A stretch of 64,000 bases of DNA from Opitutales bacterium (GCA_965197745.1 CBDANS010000007.1:640001-704000); one strand, 5' to 3'; counted from the first letter of the stretch, positions 20,326 through 31,332 are shown. Notes: generated by a model not told the origin, from the sequence alone. Numbers and translations are program-made.

Positions 20326-20456
20326 AGGATTACTTATTTGGGAATACTATTTTGAATTTATGCTATTAATTGTTTTCTGCGATAAAAGTAAAATGGAGAT
20401 CAAATTGTAAGTAAGGGAGTGGAGGATGCAATAATATCAATTAACTGGCGAGGCAT

Positions 20457-20993
20457 TTATTCTATCCAAACAAGGGTGCTTACCGGGGTCTCATCGTAGA
20501 GCGTAAGAATATCCTGATTTTTCAATTCAATACAGCCGGAAGACTGGGGTTTGCTGATGCGCTCTTCATGGTTGGTGCCGTGAATGTAGATTAGCCGGTT
20601 ATAGGAATCGCAAAGGGGGCCCTGGTTTTTTCCTGGTTCGAGGCCGCTCAACCAGAGGATACGGGAGGTAATGAGATTCGCCTGTTGTTCCTGGTCCGAG
20701 TATTCTGAAAATAATTTACCGGTCTCTACACGCCCTTTAAAGACGGCACCCGGGGGCGCGTGGTCTCCAATTTTTTCGGCCACGCAATGAAGGCCGAGCG
20801 GTGTGCCGAGGGAATTTTCCAAACAGGAAGGCGGTGCGATGGAGGTAGATACCGGGTATTCTTTTTTTAATTGGTGCTGGTGAAAGTGCTGTAGTTTTTG
20901 CTCGCTTATTGTGATATAATAGACATCTTTTGTGGGCTTGATTTTAAGCGTATCACAATATTCAATAATAGGTTCTATAGGAGAGACTAACAT
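20457..20993 (-). CDS. L,D-transpeptidase (YkuD-like); start uncertain
   Basis: TPLGLH, ITSRILWL, IYIHGT...SSGCI catalytic His/Cys. Confidence 0.85.
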   Translation of the reverse strand: MLVSPIEPIIEYCDTLKIKPTKDVYYITISEQKLQHFHQHQLKKEYPVSTSIAPPSCLENSLGTPLGLHCVAEKIGDHAPPGAVFKGRVETGKLFSEYSDQEQQANLITSRILWLSGLEPGKNQGPLCDSYNRLIYIHGTNHEERISKPQSSGCIELKNQDILTLYDETPVSTLVWIE

Positions 20994-22036
20994 TGGAGAG
21001 CAAATACAATCTGGGAATTGTCGGCGCAACGGGTGCAGTGGGTCAAGAATTGATTCGCTTCATTCATGAGCGCAATTTTCCCTGTGCCCAAATTCGACTT
21101 CTCGCTTCGGCTCGCTCCGCGGGCAAGACCCTGGAGTACAAGGGACAAAAATGGACGGTGGAAGAAGCCAGGCCAGAAAGCTTTGATGACTTGGATATCG
21201 CGATCTTCAGTGCCGGCGGGAGCACATCCAGAAAATTGGCATCCGAAGCGGTGGAACGTGGTTGTTTAGTCATCGATAATAGTTCCGCCTTTCGCATGGA
21301 TCCTCGTGTGCCGCTCGTCGTACCCGAGATAAACGCACAGGCCGCGTCCCGTCACGAGGGAATAATAGCTAACCCGAATTGCACTACGGTCGTCGCCTTA
21401 ATGGGTTTATATCCCCTGCATAAAGCTTTTGGATTGAAGCGTTTTTTCGCGGCCACTTATCAGGCAGTGTCCGGTACTGGTGCCGCTGGCATAGTTGAAC
21501 TCGAAGAGCAGGTGAAGGCCTGGACCTCGGGTGAAAGCTTAAGTCCGGAAGTCTATCCTCACCCTATAGCCTTCAATCTTTTACCTTACGTCGATGCATT
21601 CCTTGAGGACGGTTATACGACAGAGGAACACAAGATGCAGAATGAAAGCCGAAAGATTCTGGACGAGTCTGACATTCAAGCTTCGACGACCTGTGTGCGA
21701 GTCCCGGTATTCCGGGCCCATTCCGTAGTCATAAACGCCGAATTTAAAAATCCTGTTGATCTCGATGTGGCCCGTCAGGCGATCGTCGATTTTTCCGGCA
21801 GTGAACTCGTTGATGATCCTTCGAACGCACGCTATCCCATGCCACTGGATTTTACAGAAAAAGAAAGTTGCGGGGTAGGGCGGATTCGTCGTGACAGTGT
21901 CTTTGAAAACGGCCTGGCTTTTTGGGTCGTGGGGGACCAGCTGTGGAAAGGTGCCGCTTTAAATGCCATTCAAATTGCTGAATACATGCATGAAAATGGT
22001 CTCTTAAAGACCCTCCGTAAAACGATTCCATCTTAA
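20993..22036 (+). CDS. asd: Aspartate-semialdehyde dehydrogenase
   Basis: GIVGATGAVG, DNSSAFRM, IIANPNCTT, CVRVPV..AHS, KGAALNA. Confidence 0.96.
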   Translation: MESKYNLGIVGATGAVGQELIRFIHERNFPCAQIRLLASARSAGKTLEYKGQKWTVEEARPESFDDLDIAIFSAGGSTSRKLASEAVERGCLVIDNSSAFRMDPRVPLVVPEINAQAASRHEGIIANPNCTTVVALMGLYPLHKAFGLKRFFAATYQAVSGTGAAGIVELEEQVKAWTSGESLSPEVYPHPIAFNLLPYVDAFLEDGYTTEEHKMQNESRKILDESDIQASTTCVRVPVFRAHSVVINAEFKNPVDLDVARQAIVDFSGSELVDDPSNARYPMPLDFTEKESCGVGRIRRDSVFENGLAFWVVGDQLWKGAALNAIQIAEYMHENGLLKTLRKTIPS

Positions 22037-22123
22037 GGCTGTATTTGGTTCTCCGGCTTTTCGAAATTCCTTGCCCTTGCCAATAGATTATCAAAACTTT
22101 TTTGTCTTTTCGATTAGATTTGT

Positions 22124-22200
22124 GGGCTTGTAGCTCAGTTGGCTAGAGCGCTTGCTTTACACGCAAGATGTCGGCGGTTCGAGTCCGTCCAAGCCCACCA
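22124..22200 (+). tRNA. tRNA-Val (anticodon TAC)
   Basis: GGGCTTG acceptor pairs with CAAGCCC-ACCA; D arm TAGCTCAGTTGGCTAGAGC; anticodon arm CTTGC-TTTACAC-GCAAG; GGTTCGAGTCC T arm. Confidence 0.97.
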
Positions 22201-22414
22201 CTGATTTTATAAGTTAATCATTTCCGCCCGTTTTGAGGGCGCTAATGCGCTTCATTCGCGAATTTGACACGCGGAACATACTTCAAGTGTCGCTGGTGTA
22301 TAATTACTGTCGCTTCTGGACAAACGTTAGCGGTTTTCTCAAGGACCACTTTCTGATAAAATTACATCAATTTAAAATATTGTTAGTTTAGAATTTCCAA
22401 CTTCTGCTGAAAAT

Positions 22415-23152
22415 ATGAATAGTATACTTATCATTGAAGATGATGAATACTTTAGAGATCTGCTAAAGCAATTATTTGAAGCAGAAGACTATACGGTATT
22501 GGTAGCCTCGAACAGCAGGGGCGCCTTAAAAATCCTTCAGGAAGAAAATCCGGATCTCATAATTACGGATATTATAATGGAAGATATAGACGGTCTTGAA
22601 ATTATAATGGAGATAAAGAAGAAGAGCCCGGAAAAACCGATAATCGCCATTAGTGGTGGGGGCTCCATAGGCCCCAAAGCTTATTTGAGTTCGGCTAAGG
22701 CTTTAGGAGCGGACTTTACTTTTAGAAAACCGTTTTCAACCGATAAAATGTTGGACGCCGTAAAATCGATCATGACGACATCGATCAGAAAAATACTGGT
22801 CATCGAGGATGATGATAATTTTCGAGAGATGCTGAAGCAAATACTTGAGGTTGAGGGTTATAAAGTCATCGAGGCATCAGATGGCCGCACTGCCTTAAAG
22901 ATACTTCAGGAAGAAAATCCGGATCTTATAATTACAGACATTATAATGGAAGATATAGATGGTCTCGAAATTATCATGGAAATTAAAGAGGATAGACCGA
23001 CAAGGCCCATTATAGCCATAAGTGGCGGCGGTTCCATAGGCCCCAGTGCTTATTTAAGTTCGGCAAAAGTTTTAGGTGCAGATCATACTTTTACCAAGCC
23101 GTTTTCATTTGAAGATATACAAAGTACCCTGAAAGAACTGCTTGATCAATAA
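22415..23152 (+). CDS. Response regulator made of two tandem receiver domains
   Basis: Two near-identical REC domains (ILIIEDD...PDLIITDIIMEDIDGLE...IIAISGGG...KPF). Confidence 0.9.
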   Translation: MNSILIIEDDEYFRDLLKQLFEAEDYTVLVASNSRGALKILQEENPDLIITDIIMEDIDGLEIIMEIKKKSPEKPIIAISGGGSIGPKAYLSSAKALGADFTFRKPFSTDKMLDAVKSIMTTSIRKILVIEDDDNFREMLKQILEVEGYKVIEASDGRTALKILQEENPDLIITDIIMEDIDGLEIIMEIKEDRPTRPIIAISGGGSIGPSAYLSSAKVLGADHTFTKPFSFEDIQSTLKELLDQ

Positions 23153-24396
23153 TACTTCCAGTAATCGGCTGTATAACTGGGTTCGTCTCCGGTAATGTCA
23201 GTTAGATTTTCATCGAAATGAAAATTATAATCCCCATTGAAAACGACTTTATTCCCGAGCAGTGAGCCAAACATATCTCCTTTTTTCTCTAAATATATTC
23301 TCACCTGGGGGGCGTAGATTCCAGCATAGAGAGGCGCCTTTCCACCCAGCTTATATTTTGCTTTTTTATCCTTTGATGCGGTGGAATAAATAATCACATT
23401 ATCGGGATCTTGAGGGGTATTAACTAGGCCCTGGCCCTTTACCGAGAGATCATCCCCGATATAGAGTGTGAGCTTACCGTGGGGTTCATTGACTTGGATT
23501 GATCCCTCTATGGTCAGGTCGTCGTCGACGACCAGGGCCACGTTGCCGTTAATATGTAAAGTCTGCTTTTTATCTATATCGAGATCGTCATCAATATGAT
23601 ATTTTTCAAGATTAGGACCGGTGCCTAATTTTATTACAGGGGAGGAGGGCAACTTGGTCGTTGTCGATACCTCCAATGGTTTGACTTCAGGGAAAAATGG
23701 TTGAAACCCCTGGGCAATGCGAATATCATCGATTTTCTGTTCGGATGGAGTGTCAAATCCGTATATCCTACCTTGATTGCCCACATCAGGAGATTTTTTC
23801 CAGGTGGAGATATAGCCGTAAATTTCAGCTGCAGCCTTTTTATTAGAAAGGACATTTCGGCCTACCAGTGTCCCATTGTCGTAGCGATTAAAGAAAGGGT
23901 CATAGTTTCCCTCGCTGGAATTGTAACTATCGACAAAGACTTTTCCTTTATTGGTGAAGATAATATCATTGCGGGCAGTGATGGCATTTGGAAATTGAGA
24001 GCGTAATCGCAGATCAACCATCAGATTTTTCTTATAATTTTCACCATTATCGAGATCAATGCTGGCAAGACTGTATATGCGAGGAGCGGGAAGCTGGTCG
24101 AGGACGATAAGGGTCACTTGAGCGGAGTTGCCGCTTCCTATATCAAAGCTGGGCATTGTTTTAATGGACCATGAGCCGAAAGCATTCCAGCCGGTCCAGT
24201 CATCTTTATTTAGAGAAAGAACGGCGATCTCAGCACCTGCCTTCGCCACATCTTTTATTTGTCTTTAGAAGTAACTATCTTCAGCAATTTTTAATTCTTG
24301 GATAGAGGAACCTAAAAAGCTGGCAACAACGAAGCCAAAAATGCTGGCAACCATCAATGCGATAATGAGGATCGATCCTTTTTTTTCTGTATTCAT
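23146..24396 (-). pseudogene. PilX-like pseudopilin-cluster protein with an in-frame TAA at 24265-24267
   Basis: ATG 24396 reads MNTEKKGSILIIALMV... in frame with ORF 23146-24249; C-terminal AGIYAP...FGSLLG...FHFDE. Confidence 0.7.
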
Positions 24397-24944
24397 CAGT
24401 TACCAATTCTTTTGTTGCTCATGGTGTTGCGTGTATAAACGATGTATTGATTATTTTTCAGTCCGTTTCGGCGTTCCAGTGTTGAGTCCAATTGAATGAG
24501 TTTGGTATCAATGCTCTTGTCAGTTGCTTTTCCTGTCGAGGTGTAGTAAGTGAATTTTAAGTCTTCCACTCCACGCATGAGGGTGGATTGACTTTCAGTT
24601 AATGTGCGCGTGAGAGTCTTTTCAGCTGCGTTGTATTTATATTCCACATCATAAGTTTTACCGCCTGATTTCTCGGGGATTTGAATCGTAAAATTATCTG
24701 TATCTAATGCTATGATCGATGAAGCATTGCCAACATCCTCAGCAAAAGTGTATCGTGCCCGATTGGCATTAGAATTCATATCCGAATAATTACTAAGGCT
24801 GTAACTGCTCTTCATGATGGTGAGCAGAGAGGAACTGAGTGATGTCATAATTATTGATCCCACTGACATTACGATAATCACTTCAATGAGACTGAAGCCT
24901 CTCCTCATACCGGCTTTTTTAAAGTGCTTCATACAGGTTATCAT
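24396..24944 (-). CDS. Prepilin-type N-terminal cleavage/methylation protein (PilW/PulJ-like)
   Basis: RRGFSLIEVIIVM motif. Confidence 0.85.
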   Translation of the reverse strand: MITCMKHFKKAGMRRGFSLIEVIIVMSVGSIIMTSLSSSLLTIMKSSYSLSNYSDMNSNANRARYTFAEDVGNASSIIALDTDNFTIQIPEKSGGKTYDVEYKYNAAEKTLTRTLTESQSTLMRGVEDLKFTYYTSTGKATDKSIDTKLIQLDSTLERRNGLKNNQYIVYTRNTMSNKRIGN

Positions 24945-25359
24945 TGAGTCCCAGCCTCGAGTAATAAGTCATCAGTTCTCGCGTGCGGGTCTTATTTTTA
25001 AAATCATTCCAGGATACGATTAATCGTATTTCTTTTAAATCAGCTATGGTTGCATGATTATTAACCTGTCGTTTACAGGTGTAATCCTTAAGGGGTATTT
25101 CGGGGAAATACGTTTTAGGATCAAAGGTTCCTTTTTTTGGAAGTTTTTTTATGGCCTGCCAATTTAACGTTTGAATTTGATTCATCTCGCATTGCAGCAG
25201 CTCGGTGACAAAATTAGTTTGTTCGGCATTTTCCGAAACAACCAGGGCCTGTCCCAACGCGCTGAAACAGCCAGCCAGTATTACCGTTAATACACTTACC
25301 CCCATCATCATTTCGACGAGGGTAAAACCTTTGAATTTTGCGATATGCCTTGCTTGCAT
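24919..25359 (-). CDS. Prepilin-type protein (PilV-like)
   Basis: KGFTLVEMMMG motif; IRLIVSW. Confidence 0.85.
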   Translation of the reverse strand: MQARHIAKFKGFTLVEMMMGVSVLTVILAGCFSALGQALVVSENAEQTNFVTELLQCEMNQIQTLNWQAIKKLPKKGTFDPKTYFPEIPLKDYTCKRQVNNHATIADLKEIRLIVSWNDFKNKTRTRELMTYYSRLGLNDNLYEAL

Positions 25360-25644
25360 ACCCTTTAATATAGCAAATAAACATGCCTTTCCCCATCGGA
25401 CAATAACTGTAATTTTTTATTAGAGTAGGCCTGAGATTCGCTAAGAATAATTGAGCAGCGCGGCTGAGGAAAATCCTGTAGTGAGGCATTGAAGTAATCA
25501 TCAATAAATGACAATGGAGTAGCTTCATCTCGAAAAATCGCTTAAGGTTATGCTTAAATTCAATTAACTTTAAGCCTGTTTAAAAAATGATAATCATGGC
25601 ATGAATTAGGGCTGACACTCTATATCAAAGAATTCCTTCAAATA

Positions 25645-26058
25645 TTATCTGTAAATCGACGCCATTTTAAAAATTTCAGGACTGAAATAGCTTCCGCCCC
25701 CGGCAATTGATTTCACAGCTTTGACTAATTCTTCCAGCTTGCCAGACTTTAAGACGTATCCATCTGCATTTCCACGAAAGGCAATTTCAACAGCCTCCTT
25801 GTTCGCAATGCCAGAATATATGAGAATTTTTACTTGAGGCATTTTATTTTTCAAAAGATGCAATATCTCCAATCCATTTACTTCCGGTAAGCGAATGTCT
25901 ACGATGACTATATCCGGATTTAGATCTATACATTCTTTTATTGCGTCCTGGCCATCGCCGGTTGATCCAATAATTTCATATTCGGGGATTAACTCGGGAA
26001 TATGCGTTATCAGTAGATTTCTTACGATATCATCATCTTCTATGACATATATTTTCAT
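25645..26058 (-). CDS. NarL-type receiver domain protein without an HTH
   Basis: IEDD, PDIVIVDIRLPEVNGLE, GYVLK, GGSYFSPEI then stop. Confidence 0.85.
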   Translation of the reverse strand: MKIYVIEDDDIVRNLLITHIPELIPEYEIIGSTGDGQDAIKECIDLNPDIVIVDIRLPEVNGLEILHLLKNKMPQVKILIYSGIANKEAVEIAFRGNADGYVLKSGKLEELVKAVKSIAGGGSYFSPEIFKMASIYR

Positions 26059-26135
26059 GGTATTTTTTATTTTTCCTTATCGAACCTGTTTAACTGTCAG
26101 ATAAAATTCGGCTTTCTATATTCGGAAATATTGGT

Positions 26136-26648
26136 TTAGGAGCCGGAATGAAAAACCGCGTATACGACACCGACAATATTTTCAGTTGTTACCCACTCAT
26201 TATCCATAACCTGGTTGTTCAAGCCTTGAGCCATCCACTTTTTCCCCTGTTTTCTAATGAGTTGATGAATAATGATTTGTCCGTATTTATATCTGTAGGC
26301 AATCATCGTGCCCCGAGTTAAGCTGTCGAAATCCGCGGGTCTGATTACAAAGAATGAATTTTCACCGTATACCGGCATCATCGATTCCCCTGCGCCGTGC
26401 CCGATCATGACTCCAAAATACCCCCTTCTAATTAATTGCGCTGCTCTTGTCGCGCTGCCGCTATCGACCGTGGAGATGGGAGAGATTTTCAATTTTTTAG
26501 CGCGTTTAAATTTGAAATCGTTAGAACGATAATGACTGCTCTGGCCCGGGCTGGAGGTAATCGGTGTCAACATCATGATTAATATCATAAATATTAATAT
26601 TTTGCTTTTATTTATTAATGATACTCGGGCCTCGTTTTTATTTTTCAC
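26136..26648 (-). CDS. S24/S26 signal peptidase-like protein
   Basis: GESMMP serine motif, GTMIAY, IIHQL, QGLNN, NIVGVV. Confidence 0.6.
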   Translation of the reverse strand: MKNKNEARVSLINKSKILIFMILIMMLTPITSSPGQSSHYRSNDFKFKRAKKLKISPISTVDSGSATRAAQLIRRGYFGVMIGHGAGESMMPVYGENSFFVIRPADFDSLTRGTMIAYRYKYGQIIIHQLIRKQGKKWMAQGLNNQVMDNEWVTTENIVGVVYAVFHSGS

Positions 26649-26872
26649 ACAATCATTGTCGTCAATGTGTGATTAAAGAAAGATCGATAAATTTAAGTAT
26701 AAAGTCAGGTAACAGTATGTATCCAGATGATGAATCAGTATCATAATAAATCATAAGTAAGCTACTGTCGGGATTGATTTATCTACTCAGCCAGATTGGG
26801 GTTAAATGATCCTTGATTAAAACTGATCGAAATGCCCCACCCCTGATTGGACCCCGTTTTTCGTACCAATTA

Positions 26873-27869
26873 TTAAGTGAGAGAGTTCCCGGGTATTAAT
26901 GGTTTTAGGATTGATGTATATGAGAGATCTTGGCGAAGTGAGGGCGTAGCCCGAACGCGGCCAAGATCTGAAAGGAATGTGACAAACTCTTGTGGGCTTT
27001 TAAAGCCTAAACGACTGTGGGGATGATCATGGTTATAGGTCTGGCGCCATTGTTCGATTACAACTTGTGCTTCAGCCACGCTGAGCAACACTTCACGGTT
27101 CAAACACTCATCGCGTAAGCGGTTGTGAAACGACTCGATGAAACCGTTTTGCCAGGGACTGCCCGGATCGATATATATCGCCTTGATCTTTTTGTCGGAC
27201 AACGACTGCTGCACTTGATGAGCAATGAATGGCTTCGCATGTCGTCGCTTCGCTCCTCGGAACACTGCCGTTGTCACTACGGATATAGCTGGGAGCTCCC
27301 TCCTTTTCAATGGCCTCGCTAAGCACAGAGAGGACATCCGATGAGGGGAGTTCACGAGCGACCCGGATATCCAGACATTCACGCGTATATGTCTTCGCTT
27401 CGCTTGAGTGTCGTCGCTTTCAGCTCCTCGGTACATCGATCAGAGTCATCATCTTTAATGGACCGCCATGGTCTGTGCGATCATGGACAAAGTCCCAGGA
27501 CCAAAGGTGATTGCGACCGGTTGCTTTAGTAGGCGACCCCGTAGAGACCCCTTGACGGTGTCTACGCTTTTTAGGTGGCTTTACCTGCAACCCTTCTGAA
27601 CGTCGTACCGCCTGAACAAACTTCCTGTTTGTTGTCCAGCCTTCCTTTACGAGCAAGGCACGGATGCGCCGGTAACCGTAGCAGGGATGTTCCCAGGACA
27701 GGGTTATAATCCGCTCGGCCAACCGCTGAGCTTTCTTACTGGCCTGCTTGGGCTGGTAGCTGAAAGTTGACCAACTGAGGCTGAGGTAGGAACAAGCCCT
27801 TCGCAACGAGCACAGCCCTCTCTCAGCCGCATCTTTTACTACTCGCTTCTTCTGCTTGGGGCTCACCAC
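26873..27869 (-). pseudogene. IS3 transposase OrfB (DDE), disrupted by two short insertions
   Basis: YGYRRI, WSWDF, SDNGS, PGSPWQNGFIESF, YNHDHPHSRLG; insertions at 27391-27433 and 27231-27262. Confidence 0.9.
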
Positions 27870-28129
27870 TTTTTTGACAGCGTTTCCTCCATTACCTGAT
27901 TCTTAAGCATTTGATCAGCGAGCATCTTCTTCAACTCGGTGTTTTCTTTTTCCAGCTCTTTAAATCGCTTCGCATCGGCTAGTTCCAAATTGCCATACTT
28001 TTTACCCCAGCGATAGAAGGTCTGTTCACTCACGTTGTTGCCTCGGCAGATTTCCTCTACCGTTTTTCCGGTATCGGCTTGCCGCAGTATTGCGATGATC
28101 TGTTCTGTTGTGTATCTTTTTCTTTTCAT
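27863..28129 (-). CDS. IS3 transposase OrfA (HTH)
   Basis: MKRKRYTTEQIIAILRQAD...TFYRW..KYG...LEKENTELKKMLAD. Confidence 0.92.
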   Translation of the reverse strand: MKRKRYTTEQIIAILRQADTGKTVEEICRGNNVSEQTFYRWGKKYGNLELADAKRFKELEKENTELKKMLADQMLKNQVMEETLSKKW

Positions 28130-28372
28130 GAGGTTATCTGTTTATCCCGATAACCTCTCTCTGTTAATGATACCATTTTTGGGGGTCACTCCAGGATCGA
28201 TAATTAACTGCGCTCAACGATGTGCAAGTTGAGAAATTACGCAGGACCACTGTCGGTTAATTAGCGGACAGGGGGTTGAAACCGTTCCACACTAATATGT
28301 TAAAAATTTGTAAAACATATTATTTGGGTAAGGGGTCAGTTTTACCCTGGTCGAACCGCGAGGATCGTTTCG

Positions 28373-29020
28373 CTACTTTACTTCTTCCAGATCGATCATA
28401 CCTTCAGCGATGGCGTACTTGGTCAGTCCGGCGACATTATGAATATCCAACTTGTTCATAATTCGTTCGCGGTAGGTCTCAATGGTGCGGGTGTTCAAAT
28501 TTAAGTGGGAGGCTATTTCTTTGTTACTCATCCCATTAGTGATGAGTTTAAGAACTTCCTCCTCGCGTCGAGAGAGGTGAACACCGCTGAAATTTATTAT
28601 GGCTGCCTTTAAAATGAGGTCGGATATCTCATCGCTGAAGTAATAGTTACCTTTATTTACTTCTTCGATAGCACGATATAATTCTTCAGGTGAAGCGTCC
28701 TTCAGCATATAGCCAAGCACCCCCAAACTGACAAGCTCCCTCGCATATTCCCTGCTTTTATACACGGTGAGAATGATGACTCTGGACTTTGGAGAAAATT
28801 TCTTGAGTTGTTTCACCACATCTATCCCATTCAGATGGGGCATTCTTATATCCAGGAGAATGATATCAGGAAGTAATTCCCTGGCTTTGGCTAGCGCTTC
28901 TTTGCCGTCTGCTGCTTCCCCTACAATTTGTATATTACTTTTCTCAGACAAATAAGCGCGAATTCCCTCCCTAATGATCGGGTGGTCATCAGCGAGTAAT
29001 ACAGAAACCTTATTTTTCAT
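28373..29020 (-). CDS. NarL/LuxR family DNA-binding response regulator
   Basis: LADDHPIIREG REC domain plus LSRREEEVL...SNKEIA...TIETYRERIMNKL HTH. Confidence 0.93.
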   Translation of the reverse strand: MKNKVSVLLADDHPIIREGIRAYLSEKSNIQIVGEAADGKEALAKARELLPDIILLDIRMPHLNGIDVVKQLKKFSPKSRVIILTVYKSREYARELVSLGVLGYMLKDASPEELYRAIEEVNKGNYYFSDEISDLILKAAIINFSGVHLSRREEEVLKLITNGMSNKEIASHLNLNTRTIETYRERIMNKLDIHNVAGLTKYAIAEGMIDLEEVK

Positions 29021-29485
29021 GCGAAAAATGGCGGGGATCGATCAACACTATAATTAAATCACTATTCATCGCGTTTCAGCTTAAAAGGGCAGGGGTAATC
29101 TACGGCCTAATTCAATACACACTTTATGTTGCTACATATTACAATGATCATTTATAGATTTAATACAAGTGATATACAATAGGGTATGATACGGACATCC
29201 TATGTAGGGAGTAATACGGACAAGGAAACCGGATTATCTAATGAACCTTTTTGTAAAAGAAATGTTAAAGTATTTTTGTTGCTTAATTACACTGAGTTTC
29301 TTCCGACACTCAGATCGGTAAGTGATGACCGCAGACCCTGCATTGACTCCAGAATCAAATAAAAGAAATATATTATTAATTGCCTGTTCGAACACAGAGA
29401 GCAGGTATATTAAATGAAGACGAAGACAAAGACTTCGGCATTTCCAAGGGCCATTAAATACTGACCTATCAGCTGCCCGGAATAA

Positions 29486-30967
29486 TTAAGGAAGCGGGAT
29501 TTCTACTGAGACTTCCGTTCCATTTTGTAGTGAAGACTCAACGGCTAAATTACCTTTTATCAACGCGGATCGCTCATTCATACTGAGCAGCCCCATACCC
29601 GAAGGTCGATCGATATTAATATTCCTGTTATTCTCACAGTTAAAACCTTTACCGTTATCTTTGATCCTTAATTTCAAGCTATCTTTAAGTCGTGTTAAAC
29701 GCACAATGACCCTTGTTGCTTCCGCATGCTTAACTACGTTATTTAAAGCTTCCTGAACAATACGGTAAAGCACCAGTTCTACATCTTGTGGCATCCGCTT
29801 ATAAATTCCTGAAAAATTAATCTCAATTTCCAAGTCAGTCCGGTCCATCACTTCGTTACATATATTACACAATGCCACTTCCAGACCGAGATCCTCCAGT
29901 TCAAAGGGCATTAAATTATTAGAAATGCGCCTGATCTCCTGGATGCTTCGCTCGAGGAGATCTTTGACCATTCTGATTTGTTTTAATACCTCCGGTTGAT
30001 CTATTTGTAAAATGCTTTTTTCCACTGATTGGATGCGGAAACGGATAGATGAAAGGAGTTGATTAACGCTGTCGTGAAGGTCTCTTGCGATGCGATGGCG
30101 CTCATGCTCCTGCGCGGTAAAGATACTGCGGGAGAGGGATTGCAGCCTTTCTTCCGCCTGTTTAAGCTCAGTTATATCAAGACCTGTGGCCATGAGGCCG
30201 ATAATTTCACCACCCTCATCTTTGATCGGGATTTTAGATCTGAGATGCCACCGCTGTTCTCCTTTGGGGTCTTTTGTCAATGATTCGTCGTTAATCATGG
30301 GATTATCGGAATTTATAATTTCTTTATCCTCAATCATTGATTTCTTAAAGTTTTCAATGGCGTCTTCTGGAACCAATTCTGCAATCGTCTTGCCGATGGC
30401 ATCGAGCGGATTTTTCAAGCCGAGATATTCTGCGTAACTTTTATTCAGCGTGACGTACCTGGTTTTTAAATCTTTTGTATATATTATATTAGGCAATTCG
30501 TCCAGCAAAATACGAAAGAGGTTACGCTCCTGCTCCAGAGAAAACTGGGCATGCTTGTAGGGCGTAACGTCTTCTGCGATTGATAATACCGCGTAGCATT
30601 TTCCGTGATCATCGACTACCGGTAAACGCGAAATCAATTGCCACATTTCATTACTTTTCAAGTCTTTAGCTTTACTTTCGCGATGGATTATGGGCAGGCC
30701 GGTCCTTATAACTTCACTCCCCTCGCTAACCGCTTTTTCAGCTGATACTTTAAATTCAGCGGGGACAAGATCGGTGATCTTTTTGCCAGTAGCATCCTTA
30801 GGGTTCTTTAATCCAAGAAAAGTGGCGTAACTTTTGTTAATGATTAGAAAACTGCCCCTGGCATCCATTACATATAAAAAAATCGCTCCATCGTGATCCA
30901 TTAATGCGCGCCACAAATCCCGCTCTTTATGATTATTCTCGGTTCTATGGTGATGTAATTCTGGCAC
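29486..30967 (-). CDS. PAS-PAS HisKA_3 sensor histidine kinase
   Basis: Two PAS/PAC repeats; ERHRIARDLHDSVNQ, QEALNNVVKHA, DNGKGF, GMGLLSM. Confidence 0.92.
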   Translation of the reverse strand: MPELHHHRTENNHKERDLWRALMDHDGAIFLYVMDARGSFLIINKSYATFLGLKNPKDATGKKITDLVPAEFKVSAEKAVSEGSEVIRTGLPIIHRESKAKDLKSNEMWQLISRLPVVDDHGKCYAVLSIAEDVTPYKHAQFSLEQERNLFRILLDELPNIIYTKDLKTRYVTLNKSYAEYLGLKNPLDAIGKTIAELVPEDAIENFKKSMIEDKEIINSDNPMINDESLTKDPKGEQRWHLRSKIPIKDEGGEIIGLMATGLDITELKQAEERLQSLSRSIFTAQEHERHRIARDLHDSVNQLLSSIRFRIQSVEKSILQIDQPEVLKQIRMVKDLLERSIQEIRRISNNLMPFELEDLGLEVALCNICNEVMDRTDLEIEINFSGIYKRMPQDVELVLYRIVQEALNNVVKHAEATRVIVRLTRLKDSLKLRIKDNGKGFNCENNRNINIDRPSGMGLLSMNERSALIKGNLAVESSLQNGTEVSVEIPLP

Positions 30968-31332
30968 TGGTGGGAGCGTGTTTCATACTGGGGTTAAAGC
31001 CTTTTCATATTTATCCTGCAACTGCTTATGCGTTGTAAGAGAGGGTATTAATCTGACGATATGACGGTGCAACATCATTAATTATTAACGGGTAATTCAT
31101 TTATCTTACACTCATGTTTCATCTGTTCGCCTATATGTCCGGGTGGAATATTGCCTTGAATAGAAACTTAAATTCGAGTCCTGGAACCGAGGACTAGAGA
31201 AATCCACTATTATCTTCAATAAAATACAGGTATCCATGTATTCTAAATTAGCGGAAAATAATTAATAATGGGAAGATAAGAAATAGGCTTAGAAGCGAAA
31301 AAAATGAGATAAAATTTCCAAATAAAACTGTT

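Larger units (their letters stand above)
26844..28193 (-). mobile_element. IS3-family element, inactivated
   Basis: TG...CA termini with imperfect IRs (TGATTGGACCCC / TGGAGTGACCCC); orfA/orfB with A6G frameshift site at 27869-27875. Confidence 0.85.

Noticed and set aside
26838..28200. Target-site duplication around the IS3 element
   Set aside because: Flanks CCC and GGA do not match.
29281..29350. Possible riboswitch upstream of the NarL regulator
   Set aside because: Some pairing potential, but no match to a riboswitch consensus I can recognise; an Rfam scan would be needed.
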